Translations under genes and position numbers: made by a program | The notes under the pieces: generated by a model | The model's database searches: none | Seen by the model: only the letters and a program-made list of their open reading frames with translations | Told to the model about the DNA's origin: nothing | Assembly: GCA_020425635.1 (NCBI GenBank) | Contig: JAGQRJ010000198.1 | Span: 1 to 45,094 of the forward strand | DNA: 45,094 bases | From: Planctomycetota bacterium | Lineage (GTDB): Bacteria > Planctomycetota > J058 | Reading direction: 5' to 3' | In this document: one piece after another, positions 24,607 to 36,571 of the stretch | Numbering within the stretch: the stretch's first letter is position 1 | Layout: every line of letters starts with the position of its first letter

Positions 24607-25341
24607 TCAGGCCTCGGGCTCGAGGCGCTGGACGACCCCGGTGGGGCGCCGCACATACGCCAGGCGGAGGAGCTCGTGGGCGACGTAGCCGGGCGAGTTG
24701 AATGCCTCGCGCGCCTTGAGGTCGTGGAACTTGGCGACCGCGGGGAAGACCTCGGGGGAGCAGCCCCGGATCGTGGCCTGCATGGCGGTGTCGATCACCC
24801 CAGGCGCGACGGCGTAGGCCAGCAGCCCGTGCGCGGCCTCCTCGAGCTGCACGCACTCGGTCAGGCGGTCGAGGGCGGCCTTGCCCATGCAGTAGGGCCC
24901 CCAGCCGGCGTAACCGCTGAGCGCCGCGCCCGAAGAGACGTTGAGCAGGACGCCCTCCCCCTCGCGCTGGCGCAGGTGACGCACGAAGGCCTGGGTCCCG
25001 TGGAAGGCGCCGAGGGCGTTGATCGCGAGGTGCTGGCGCACGGCCTCCGAGCCCAGGTCGTGCACGAAGCCGACCGGCTCGAGGACTCCGGCGTTGTTGA
25101 GCCAGAGGTCGATCCGCCCGAAGCGCTCCACCGTGGCCTGGGCGAACTCGGCGACGGCGGCGGCGGAGGCGACGTCGACCTGGGCCGCGTAGGCCCCCGC
25201 GGGCGCCGCGAAGCTCGAGCGCGCGCAGAGGGCGAGCTGGATCCCTCGCGCTCCCCAGGCCTCGGCCACGCCGGCGCCCAGGCCGCGGCTGGCGCCCGTG
25301 ATCACGGCCACCTTGGAGCTGAGGTCGGGCAGGTCGGTCAT
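24607..25341 (-). CDS. SDR family oxidoreductase (sepiapterin-reductase-like)
   Basis: VAVITGASRGLGAG, NNAG and YCMGKAAL (YxxxK). The start overlaps the stop of the upstream transglutaminase gene (ATGA). Confidence 0.9.
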   Translation of the reverse strand: MTDLPDLSSKVAVITGASRGLGAGVAEAWGARGIQLALCARSSFAAPAGAYAAQVDVASAAAVAEFAQATVERFGRIDLWLNNAGVLEPVGFVHDLGSEAVRQHLAINALGAFHGTQAFVRHLRQREGEGVLLNVSSGAALSGYAGWGPYCMGKAALDRLTECVQLEEAAHGLLAYAVAPGVIDTAMQATIRGCSPEVFPAVAKFHDLKAREAFNSPGYVAHELLRLAYVRRPTGVVQRLEPEA

Positions 25342-27404
25342 GCGTCCTCCGGATAGGCGCGGTAGCGCTCGACGGCGTAGGCCGCGAGGAAGGCCAGGGT
25401 CGGTTCACGCTCGTGCTCGGGCAAGGGCCACTCGGCCTCTGCCAGCCGGGCGCGCAGCTCGCGGATCGTCTCGCCCGGCCCCCGCGGTGCGCCTGCGCGG
25501 CGAAGCGCCACCTCCAGGCCCAGGTAGCGCTCGCGCAGCGCCTGCAGCTCGGGGGGCAAGCGCACCGCCCCGGAGGCGCGCGCCACGCGCACGCGGGGGC
25601 CGCGTCTACGCCACAGGCGTAAGGCCACGAGCGCGACGGCGAGGAGCGCCAGCGGCCCCCAGCGCCAGGGCGACCCGCTGACCCACCCCAGGAGCCCCTT
25701 GAGCGTCGTGAGCAGGCGCCCGGGGAGCTCGCTCAGCCGGCCGCGGAGGGCGCCCCACACCTCGGAGACCCACGCCCCCAGGGCCTCGGACAGGGCCGCC
25801 CCGGTCCCCGGCGGGTCCACCGCGGGCAGGCCGCCGGCCGGGGTGAACTCGACGACCTCCCACCCGCGCTGGGGGTGGTAGGCCTCGATCCAAGCGTGCG
25901 CCGAGCGGTTGCGCGCGACCCACAGCCGCTCGCGGATCGGGCTCGCCTCGAGGCAGAGGAAGCCGGTCGTGTAGCGCGCGGGGATCCCCGCGCGCCGCAG
26001 GAGCAGCGCGCCCGCGCTGGCGAAGAGCTCGCAGTGCCCGTGCTCCTTCTCCAGGAGGAACTCGGTCACGGGGTCCTGCTCGCCGCGGAACGTGATCCCG
26101 AAGCGGTAGGTGTAGGTGCGCTCGAAGAACGCCCTGAGCGCGGCGACGCGGGCGTCGTAGTCGCGCGCCGCGTCCGGGCTCGCGGCCGTGATCTTGGCCC
26201 AGGTCGCGTCGAGGGCCGCGAGCAGGGCGGGGTCTTCGGGCAGCGCGCGATAGCCTTCGCGCTCGGACTCGTAGTGCCAGGGGCTGCGGGCGTAGGTGAT
26301 CGAGACCCCCGAGCTGGTCTCGCCCTGGTAGGGGCGCAGGCACCAGCCAGGCAACACGCGCGCCGCCTCGGCGAGCAGCCTGACCTGGCCGGCGTGCAGC
26401 GGGGCGAACACGACCCCGGCGTGCGCGGACGCGGGATAGACCCAGAGGTCGGGGTCGCCAGGCGCGGGGGGCTCGGTCTCGGGGCGCAGCAGTCGTCCAG
26501 AGGCCGAGAGCGGGAGCACGACGTCGGGCCCGGGCTGCCAGCTGCCGCCCGCGTAGGAGAGGAAGGCGCGTCCGCGGAGGTAGCCGGGCGCAGTGTCGGA
26601 GACCGCGCGCAGCGCCAGCTCGCGTCCGCCGTCCTTGCCCTGGAGGTCGAGCACCGAGCCGAGGTCGCCGCGGTCGCTGAAGCCGCCGCCGAGTCCCGGG
26701 GTCGCGCCGCCGACCAGGCGGTAGTAGATCTCGCTCAGCTCGGCGTAGTAGGCGCGGAAGGCCCAGGTGCCGCCCCCAGCGAGCCCCAGGGCCAGCGCGG
26801 CGCACACGAGCCAGGCGGCCGCGCGCCCCCGCGCGCCCGGCGCCCCCACCCCGCTCCGCGGCGGGCGGAGCGCGACGAGGGTCAACAGCCCCCAGACCGC
26901 GGCGCTCGCGGCGTAGAAGGTGTGCGGCGTCAGCGCTCGTCGGCCGAGGGCAGCCATGATCCCGGTCTCGCGCCAACCGGGCAGCATGCCAATGTAGTCG
27001 GGGAGCCCGACCGAGACGAAGAGCATGCCCGCCGCGGTGAGATAGATCACGCGCCCGCGCGCATAAGGCGAGGGGCGCGCCCAGAGCTGGAGCAGCGCGA
27101 GTTCGAGCACGGCGTAGGTCAGGTAGAAGGAGCGCAGGAACTGGTTCCCTCCGCGCCCCTTGACCTCGACCAGGTTCATGAGCAGCGCGAGGGGCGCGAG
27201 CAAGAGCACGACCGAGACCGGCCCCAGGCTCACGCGCAGGCGTCCGCGCGTGAACACCAGCCCGGCGAGCAGCACGAACAAGGGGAGCTGCACCGCGAAC
27301 TGGCCGTCGCCTGCGGCGCGCACGAGGGCGCCGAGCACGCACGCGACCAGCGCGTAGGCCAGCCAGTCGGCCCGCGCCTCGAGGGGTTGCGCGGCCTCGC
27401 TCAC
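25338..27404 (-). CDS. transglutaminase-like (TgpA-type) multi-pass membrane protein
   Basis: GTG start overlapping the DUF58 stop (GTGA). Multi-TM N-terminus. Transglutaminase core EHGHCELFASAGALLLRRAGIPARYTTGF ... SAHAWIEAY ... GWEVVEFTP. Confidence 0.85.
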   Translation of the reverse strand: MSEAAQPLEARADWLAYALVACVLGALVRAAGDGQFAVQLPLFVLLAGLVFTRGRLRVSLGPVSVVLLLAPLALLMNLVEVKGRGGNQFLRSFYLTYAVLELALLQLWARPSPYARGRVIYLTAAGMLFVSVGLPDYIGMLPGWRETGIMAALGRRALTPHTFYAASAAVWGLLTLVALRPPRSGVGAPGARGRAAAWLVCAALALGLAGGGTWAFRAYYAELSEIYYRLVGGATPGLGGGFSDRGDLGSVLDLQGKDGGRELALRAVSDTAPGYLRGRAFLSYAGGSWQPGPDVVLPLSASGRLLRPETEPPAPGDPDLWVYPASAHAGVVFAPLHAGQVRLLAEAARVLPGWCLRPYQGETSSGVSITYARSPWHYESEREGYRALPEDPALLAALDATWAKITAASPDAARDYDARVAALRAFFERTYTYRFGITFRGEQDPVTEFLLEKEHGHCELFASAGALLLRRAGIPARYTTGFLCLEASPIRERLWVARNRSAHAWIEAYHPQRGWEVVEFTPAGGLPAVDPPGTGAALSEALGAWVSEVWGALRGRLSELPGRLLTTLKGLLGWVSGSPWRWGPLALLAVALVALRLWRRRGPRVRVARASGAVRLPPELQALRERYLGLEVALRRAGAPRGPGETIRELRARLAEAEWPLPEHEREPTLAFLAAYAVERYRAYPEDA

Positions 27405-28723
27405 AGGGTCCGGACCCCGGCGTTCACCTCGGCCGGGCTGAGCACCCGGGGCGGGCCGCTGCGCCCGCCGAAGCTCGCAGGGTCGAGGGTCGGCGGCCCC
27501 TCGCGCACGACCACGACCTTGAGCTCCACCCCCAGGTCGAGGAGGGTCTGGGCGAAGGCCACACGCTCTGCGTCCCAGTCGAGGAGCACGAGCACGCAGG
27601 TGCTCAGCTCGCGCACCTCGTCGAGCAGGCGCGGGCCGAGCACCCCAAAGGGGCTCTGCTCCACCGCCTGCAGGCAGGCGAGCACGTCGAGAATGTCCTC
27701 GAGGTAGCCCAGGCTACGCCCGGCCTGCAGCCGGTAGAGCTCGGGCCCGGCGGCGAACAGGTCGACGACGTACTCCAGCCGGCTGAGCGCGTCGGCGACC
27801 GCGGCGCAGAGCGAGATCCCCGCCTCGAGGTCGTCGCGCCGCGGACGGGGCGCGAAGGTGTCCACGACCAGCGCGATCCGCGTGAGGTACTCCTGCTGGA
27901 ACTCACGCACGATCGGCGTGCCGACCCGCGCCCAGGCGCGCTGATCGAGGTCGCGCAGCCGGTCGCCCGAGCGGTATTCCCGGTTGCCGATGAACTCCTC
28001 GGAGTCGCCGACCTGGCTCACGAGCTCCAGGCCGCCGGGCTGGTGTTTGCGCCCGGCGGGGAGCTCGATCGCGTCGAGGGGGTGGAAGCGCGGGGTGACC
28101 AGGACCTGCCCGGGGGCCTTGATTCGGCGCTGGGCGAAGTAGAGCCCAAAGGGAAACCCGCTGAGCACGCGGGGGCCGTGAAAGGTGTAGGAGCCGCGCC
28201 GCAGCGGGCGGATCGTGTAGCGCACGATCTGCTCGCTGCGCCCGGGGAGGGCCGGGATCAGCTCGGGGAGCTGCTCGAGCTCGAGGCCCGCCGGGGTCGC
28301 GGTCTCGCGCAGGGCGAAGTCGTAGAGCGGGCGACGCGCGGGGTTGCGCACGCGGGCCTGGAGCGGGACCACCGCTCCAGCCGCGACTCGACGAGGCAGC
28401 GCGCGCTCGACCTCGACCTTGGGCATGAGCAGCTGCCCGAGGAACAGGTGCACCCCGAGCAACCCCGAGAGCAAGAGCGCGAGCACGTAGATCGGGTAGG
28501 CGTAGCCAAACTGGAGCGCCGCGTAGCTCACCGTCACCCACACCGTGACGAGTCCGCGGCCGGTGACCGTGAGCCGGTACTGCCACACGAAGCCGAGCCC
28601 GCGGAGGATCGAGCGCTCGGGCAGGCTTCGGTCGAGGTAGGCGTAGAGCGAGCCGAAGCCGCCCTCGGCCTCGTCGGCGCGCTCAGCGGGCGGCGCCTGG
28701 GGCTCGGCCGCGGCTTGGCTCAT
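27401..28723 (-). CDS. DUF58 domain-containing protein
   Basis: ATG 28723 overlaps the MoxR stop (ATGA); the 55 upstream codons of the track ORF are an off-frame shadow. Two N-terminal TM helices. Signature REYRSGDRLRDLDQRAWARVGTPIVREFQQE. Confidence 0.85.
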   Translation of the reverse strand: MSQAAAEPQAPPAERADEAEGGFGSLYAYLDRSLPERSILRGLGFVWQYRLTVTGRGLVTVWVTVSYAALQFGYAYPIYVLALLLSGLLGVHLFLGQLLMPKVEVERALPRRVAAGAVVPLQARVRNPARRPLYDFALRETATPAGLELEQLPELIPALPGRSEQIVRYTIRPLRRGSYTFHGPRVLSGFPFGLYFAQRRIKAPGQVLVTPRFHPLDAIELPAGRKHQPGGLELVSQVGDSEEFIGNREYRSGDRLRDLDQRAWARVGTPIVREFQQEYLTRIALVVDTFAPRPRRDDLEAGISLCAAVADALSRLEYVVDLFAAGPELYRLQAGRSLGYLEDILDVLACLQAVEQSPFGVLGPRLLDEVRELSTCVLVLLDWDAERVAFAQTLLDLGVELKVVVVREGPPTLDPASFGGRSGPPRVLSPAEVNAGVRTL

Positions 28724-29652
28724 ACGGGGACGGCGACCTGACTCAGCAGGTCCTGGATCACGTCGCGCTTGCTGACCCCGCTGTAGCGGGCCTTCGTCTC
28801 GAGCACCACGCGGTGGGAGAGGGTCGCGGGCGCCATGACCTTCACGTCGTCGGGGATCACCGCGTCGCGGCCCTCGAGCGCCGCCCACGACTGGGCCATG
28901 CGGTAGAGCGCGATCCCGCCGCGGGGCGAGACCCCGAGCGAGAGCCGCGGCTCTTCGCGGCTCGCGGTCAGGAGCGCGACCAGGTACTCGCGCACCTCGC
29001 GGCTCACGTGGAGCTGGCGAATCCTGGCCTGCTCGGTGGCGACCTCCTCCAGGGTGCAGGCAGGCTGCAGGGCCGTCAGCGCGGGCGGCCCGTTGAGCGC
29101 CTCGAGGATCTCGAGCTCCTGCTCGGGCTGGGGGTAGCCCATGGCGAGCTCGACCGCGAAGCGGTCGAGCTGCGCCTCGGGGAGGGGATAGGTGCCGTGG
29201 TGTTCGACCGGGTTCTGGGTCGCGATCACCCAGAACGGGTCGGGCAGCGGGTGGGTCTCGCCCTCGATGCTCACCTGGCCCTCGGCCATGGCCTCGAGCA
29301 GCGCCGACTGGGTGCGGGGGCTGGCCCGGTTGATCTCGTCGGCGAGCAGCACGTTGGCGAAGACGGGCCCCGGGCGAAAGTCGAAGCTCGCCTCCTTGGG
29401 GTTGTAGAGGCTGCCTCCGGTCACGTCCGCCGGAAGCAGGTCGGGGGTGAACTGCACGCGGCGGAAGACCCCCGAGATCGAGGCCGCCAGGGCCTTGGCC
29501 AGGGTCGTCTTGCCCACGCCGGGGACGTCGGTGAGCAGCACGTTGCCCCCGCCGAGCAAGGCCGTGATCAAGAGGTCGACCTCGCGCGGCTTGCCCTTGA
29601 TCACTCGGTTCAGGTTGGCGCGCAGCCCCTGTACGAGGTCGCCCTCGGCCAT
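28720..29652 (-). CDS. MoxR family AAA+ ATPase
   Basis: Walker A DVPGVGKTTLAKALA, Walker B LLADEINRA, and VIATQNP. Typical 310-aa size. Confidence 0.92.
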   Translation of the reverse strand: MAEGDLVQGLRANLNRVIKGKPREVDLLITALLGGGNVLLTDVPGVGKTTLAKALAASISGVFRRVQFTPDLLPADVTGGSLYNPKEASFDFRPGPVFANVLLADEINRASPRTQSALLEAMAEGQVSIEGETHPLPDPFWVIATQNPVEHHGTYPLPEAQLDRFAVELAMGYPQPEQELEILEALNGPPALTALQPACTLEEVATEQARIRQLHVSREVREYLVALLTASREEPRLSLGVSPRGGIALYRMAQSWAALEGRDAVIPDDVKVMAPATLSHRVVLETKARYSGVSKRDVIQDLLSQVAVPV

Positions 29653-29812
29653 GGATCCCCCTTCACGGACCGTGATCCTACCAACCCCGCCGCCGGCGCT
29701 GCCTGGGACCCAAGGGCGCTGCGGTTCACCCCGGGCGGGCAGATCCTGCCCGATCGGCTCAGCGAGGCGTCTGCGCCGCGGGGGTTAGCGCGGCGCGCGA
29801 CGTGCAGGGCAC

Positions 29813-30142
29813 TTGCCCATGCCCACCTTCGACCCGGTGTTCAGCCCCCGCGAGCGTCTGGCCCTGCGCTGGATCTGCTGGCTGGGGCTGCTCGCGCTCG
29901 CCTGGGCGCAGCTGCGGCGACCCGCCGACGGGTGGGGCGACGCGGCGCGCGCGATCCGGATCGACGTCAACCGGGCGCCCCTCGCCGAGCTGCGCGCGAT
30001 CCCGGGGGTCGGGCCGGTGACGGCGGCGGAGCTGGTGCGCCGGCGGCCCTTCGCCGGGGAGCAGGAGCTGCGCGAGCTCCTGGGAGACGCTCGCTGGCGG
30101 AGGGCGCGACCCTTCGTAGCGCTCGACGCCCCCGGGCGCTGA
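29813..30142 (+). CDS. ComEA-like helix-hairpin-helix DNA-binding protein
   Basis: N-terminal TM segment LALRWICWLGLLALAW followed by IDVNRAPLAELRAIPGVGPVTAAELVRRRPF (HhH). Confidence 0.7.
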   Translation: MPMPTFDPVFSPRERLALRWICWLGLLALAWAQLRRPADGWGDAARAIRIDVNRAPLAELRAIPGVGPVTAAELVRRRPFAGEQELRELLGDARWRRARPFVALDAPGR

Positions 30143-30161
30143 GGCGGCTCCTGCGGGCTGG

Positions 30162-30200
30162 CTAGCCCGCAAGCTTTTCGTGGTGAGCTTTGCGGGCTAG
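30162..30200. repeat. CTAG-bounded palindromic hairpin element, copy B
   Basis: CTAGCCCGCAAGCttttcgtggtgaGCTTTGCGGGCTAG has 13-14-nt complementary arms and shares TTCGTGGTGAGCTTT(G/C)CGGGCTAG with copy A. It lies between two co-directional + genes, 20 nt after the ComEA-like stop. Confidence 0.6.
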
Positions 30201-30257
30201 CGCCCCTCGCGGACCCCTGCCACCTTCGGTCAGGCCGAGCGGCCGAGGGGAGTGCGC

Positions 30258-31721
30258 ATGCGCGCCAAGGGTGCAGTGCTGACGCTGGGGCTGGCCCTGC
30301 TCGCGGGCCCGCTCACGGCGCAGCCGAGCGGGGGCGACGCGCGCCTCGCGCACACGATCGAGGCGCAGGCCCTCGGGCTCGTGGAGTTCGCTCGGGAGCG
30401 CGAGGACCTCTGCTTCGCCGAGGCGGAGCTGCGCCTGGCCCTCGAGGTGCTCCCCGGGTCGACCGCGCTGGGTGAGGCGCTCGCGACGGTCGAGCGCGAG
30501 GTCGCGCGCGCCGAGGCCGACTCGACCCTGATCCGGGCCTTCTCCAGCGCCCACATGCGGCTGCTCGCGGCCGAGCAGGCGCGGGTCCATGAAGCGATCT
30601 CCCTGGCCCTGGCGCGCGCGGCCAGCGAAGCCGACGACGAGGCCCGCGCGCGCTACCTGCAGGGGATCCTGCGCTGCTACCCGTCGGAGGCGGCGAACGC
30701 CTTCCTCGACATGGAGTACTTCGAGCCCCTGCGACGCTGGGTCCCGCGCGCCGACCTCGCGGTCCTGCGCGAGGGCGGCGACTACCACGAGGGGGAGCTG
30801 CTCTCCCCTGCGTCCGTCGCCGCGCTCAACAGCCGACACGCTTCGTGGAAGGACCCCTGGGTGTTCTCCGACGAGGTCCACGAGCTGCGCACCACGGTCC
30901 CCCTGCGCCAGGCCAAGCAGCTCCTCGTGTTCCTCGGCGCGTATCGCGCGTTCTTCCTCGCGCGCTTCGGCGACGCCTGGGACCTGAGGACCCCCAGCGG
31001 CAAGCTGCCCGTGATCGTGACCCGCACCCAGGCCGAGCTCCAGGACCAGCTCCGGCGCGCCGCGCGCGAGCGCGGCGTGCCGACGGGGGGCCAGGAGCGC
31101 GAGCTGGGTGTCGCCTTCTACCTGCACACCGGCGGCACCCTCGATCCGTGCTTCGCGACCTACGAGCCCAAGGACACCGCCGGCAATGTGTTCACGATCC
31201 CCTGGGACGAGCCAGAGCAGCTCGAGCTCGCCCTGGCCCACGAGCTCACCCACCAGATCGCCTTCGAATACTCCAAACACGCCGCCCGGCGCAGCCGCCC
31301 GGTTCGTTACCAGTATTGGGCGGTGGAAGGGATCGCCTCGTTCATGTGCCAGCACCTCTACGAGCGCGGCAGCTTCATCCTCAGGCTCGAGCGACAGCTG
31401 CGCTGGGGCGAGCGCGTCGCGGAGCCGCCCTTCGCCTACTGCAAGCGCACCCTCGCGAGCCTGCCGACCTTGCGCGCCTTCGTCGGGCGCTCGCGCGCGC
31501 AGTGCTTGAACGCAGAGAGCTATCAGATGGGCGCGACCCTCGCCTACTTCCTGCTCGAGGGCGAGGACGGCAAATACCGCGGGCGCTTCGTGAAGCTGCT
31601 CCAGACGGTGCACCGCCAGTTCGACACCCGCGACAGCTTCGACAAGGCCTTCGCGGGCGTCGAGCCCGACACCCTGCAAGCCGAGTGGGAGCGCTTCGTC
31701 GCGGGGCTCCCGCTGCGGTAG
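30258..31721 (+). CDS. secreted DUF1570-like putative zinc peptidase
   Basis: Signal peptide AVLTLGLALLAGPLTAQP. LAHELTHQIAF (HExxH) followed by YWAVEGIASF. ATG 30258 is preferred over the track GTG 30252 because GAGGGGAG directly abuts the GTG. Confidence 0.7.
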   Translation: MRAKGAVLTLGLALLAGPLTAQPSGGDARLAHTIEAQALGLVEFAREREDLCFAEAELRLALEVLPGSTALGEALATVEREVARAEADSTLIRAFSSAHMRLLAAEQARVHEAISLALARAASEADDEARARYLQGILRCYPSEAANAFLDMEYFEPLRRWVPRADLAVLREGGDYHEGELLSPASVAALNSRHASWKDPWVFSDEVHELRTTVPLRQAKQLLVFLGAYRAFFLARFGDAWDLRTPSGKLPVIVTRTQAELQDQLRRAARERGVPTGGQERELGVAFYLHTGGTLDPCFATYEPKDTAGNVFTIPWDEPEQLELALAHELTHQIAFEYSKHAARRSRPVRYQYWAVEGIASFMCQHLYERGSFILRLERQLRWGERVAEPPFAYCKRTLASLPTLRAFVGRSRAQCLNAESYQMGATLAYFLLEGEDGKYRGRFVKLLQTVHRQFDTRDSFDKAFAGVEPDTLQAEWERFVAGLPLR

Positions 31722-31749
31722 GAACCGCGGCGCCCTCGGCCTCGGGCGG

Positions 31750-32415
31750 CTACCGCGGCGTCGAATCCGGTCGGTCGCGACCGGCCCAGCTGCTGACGCG
31801 CTTGCCGCCCTTGACGTTGAGGGTCACCGTGACGCGGCTGAGGAAGGTCGCACGGGAGATCGTGCGCGCGATCCGCTCGGCGATCGGCTGCGCCGCGGCG
31901 GGCTCGAGCTGCGCCAGCTCGCCGCGGATCTCCGCGTGGACCCCCGTGTTGACCACCCCGAGGATCTTCAGCGAGCCGCCCTTGAGGCCCGCCTGCTGGG
32001 CCTCAGCGTAGAGCTGCGCCTCCTGGCGCTTGGCGCGTTTGTACATGTCGATCAGCTCGCGGTCGATGTCCAGGGCGAGGGCGTCGTCCTCGACCCCGAG
32101 GACACGGACGCGGCACACCTTGACGTGGGTCCTGGGGGCCAACTCGACGTATTCGGAGAGCGCCCACACGCCGATCTCACCCATGGCGTAGCGCGTGGGC
32201 GCCTTCTCCTTGGGAGCGTGGACCTCGATCCGCGGGTCGTTGCCCGGGAAGAAGCGGACCTCGAAGCGGGGGTCGTCGAAGCGCTCCTTGAGCAGCGGGT
32301 GCAGCCGCACGATCGGGGTCTGCTTCGAGATCCACACCACCCCTCCCCCGAAGAGGGCGACGGTCACGATCCCCAAGACCAGGATCGTCATGGGCGTGCG
32401 GTGCATGCTCTTCAT
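31750..32415 (-). CDS. hypothetical single-pass membrane protein
   Basis: ATG 32415 lies 5 nt after the DUF192 stop. TM segment MTILVLGIVTVALFGGGVVWI. High GC3. No family recognised. Confidence 0.55.
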   Translation of the reverse strand: MKSMHRTPMTILVLGIVTVALFGGGVVWISKQTPIVRLHPLLKERFDDPRFEVRFFPGNDPRIEVHAPKEKAPTRYAMGEIGVWALSEYVELAPRTHVKVCRVRVLGVEDDALALDIDRELIDMYKRAKRQEAQLYAEAQQAGLKGGSLKILGVVNTGVHAEIRGELAQLEPAAAQPIAERIARTISRATFLSRVTVTLNVKGGKRVSSWAGRDRPDSTPR

Positions 32416-32420
32416 GGGCG

Positions 32421-33005
32421 CTACTCGTAGCCCATGAGGTCGCCGAGGCCTTCGACCTTCGCGCCCTCCCGCGGGACACCCTGGCGCTCGAACCACCCCT
32501 GATTGACCTCGAGCACGTAGCGCACGAGGCCTCGTGACTGGCGCGAGGTCTCGTCGAAGGGCGTCATGTCGATCACCTCGTCGACCACGAAACCCTCGGT
32601 GATGTACGCGATCGAGAGCGGAATGTAGGTGTTGTGCATCCAGAAGCCGTGCCGGTCGGCCGTGGGGTAGACGAAGATCATGCCGCGCGCGTCAGGCAGC
32701 TCCTCGACGAACATCAGCCCCAGGCGACGGCTGGCCTCGGTGTTCGCGACGTAGGCGGTCAGCGGAACTCCGCCCACCACGAGCGCCACCGTCGGCAGCT
32801 GCTCGAGCTGGTGCGCGTAGTCCTCGCTCCCCGGGGTCGGCTCGCCAGGGGCCGCGGCGCGGATCGCCGCCTCGTCCTTGGGGGTCGGGTCCGGGCGAGA
32901 GTTCGAACTCGGCGCGGGGTCGGGGTCGGGGTCGGCGGGACAGCCGACGCAGGCGCCCAGGGTCAGGGCGACGAGCCCTGCGGGGATCCAGCGCCGGAGG
33001 GTCAC
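32421..33005 (-). CDS. DUF192 domain lipoprotein
   Basis: GTG 33005 overlaps the maf stop (GTGA). Lipobox-like LVALTLGAC. DUF192 blocks RRLGLMFVEELPDARGMIFVY, FWMHNTYIPLSIAYI and VLEVNQGWFERQGV. Confidence 0.8.
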   Translation of the reverse strand: MTLRRWIPAGLVALTLGACVGCPADPDPDPAPSSNSRPDPTPKDEAAIRAAAPGEPTPGSEDYAHQLEQLPTVALVVGGVPLTAYVANTEASRRLGLMFVEELPDARGMIFVYPTADRHGFWMHNTYIPLSIAYITEGFVVDEVIDMTPFDETSRQSRGLVRYVLEVNQGWFERQGVPREGAKVEGLGDLMGYE

Positions 33006-33591
33006 CCGCGCCCCGCCGTCACGAGCGGCGCGACCCGCTCCACGGGGAGCCCCTTGACGTTGCTCACGCTGCCTTCGACCGCTTCCCACAGGAACCCCGC
33101 CTCCTCGTCTTGCACCCCGTAGGCCCCGGCCTTCCCCCGCCACTGCCCGCTCGCGAGGAACGCGTCCAGGCGCTCGGGGGCGAAGGCGCGGAACCGCACA
33201 CGGGAGCGCTCTGCGTCCAGCGTAAGCGAGCCGCGCGCGTCTACATAGGCTACCCCGCTCCAGACGTCGTGGACCCGCCCGCGAAGCGACTCGAGCATGG
33301 CGCGGGCGGCGGCCTCGTCCTGGGGCTTGCCCAGCAAGCGCGGGCCGTCGGCGACGACGGTGTCGCAGGCGAGCAGCGGCCCGGAGTGCCCGCGTGCGCA
33401 GGCCGCGAGCAGCTTCGCCAGAGCGACCCGGCGCACGACGCCGCTCGGGGAGACCCCGGCCTGCAGGGCCTCGACCACGAGCGCCTGCTCGGCGGCGTCG
33501 CCGAGGCCGGGGTCGACCGCGGTGAACTCGACCTCCAGCGCGCGCAGCAGGTCGGCCCGGCGCGGCGAGGTCGAGGCCAAGACCAGCTGCC

Positions 33592-33595
<4 letters not shown>
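33002..33595 (-). CDS. maf: Maf family nucleoside triphosphate pyrophosphatase
   Basis: LVLASTSPRRADLL, ACDTVV and GKAGAYGVQD. The GTG start overlaps the radical SAM gene stop (GTGA). Confidence 0.9.
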
Positions 33596-36468
<2,873 letters not shown>

Positions 36469-36571
36469 GGGTCCACCTGCTCGGCGCTGCGCGCCGCCTT
36501 GGCCGCTAGGGTCCCAAGATTCTGCAGCTAAGTGAAGCAGCGAGTCGGAGTTGTTGGCGGCCCCGGGGCGC

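Noticed and set aside
30162-31679. A 505-aa minus ORF that ends on the CTA of the palindromic element's left arm at 30162-30164.
   Set aside because: It is antisense to the DUF1570-like gene, which has a signal peptide and HExxH motif. The product is a Glu/Leu/Gly/Arg-rich shadow.
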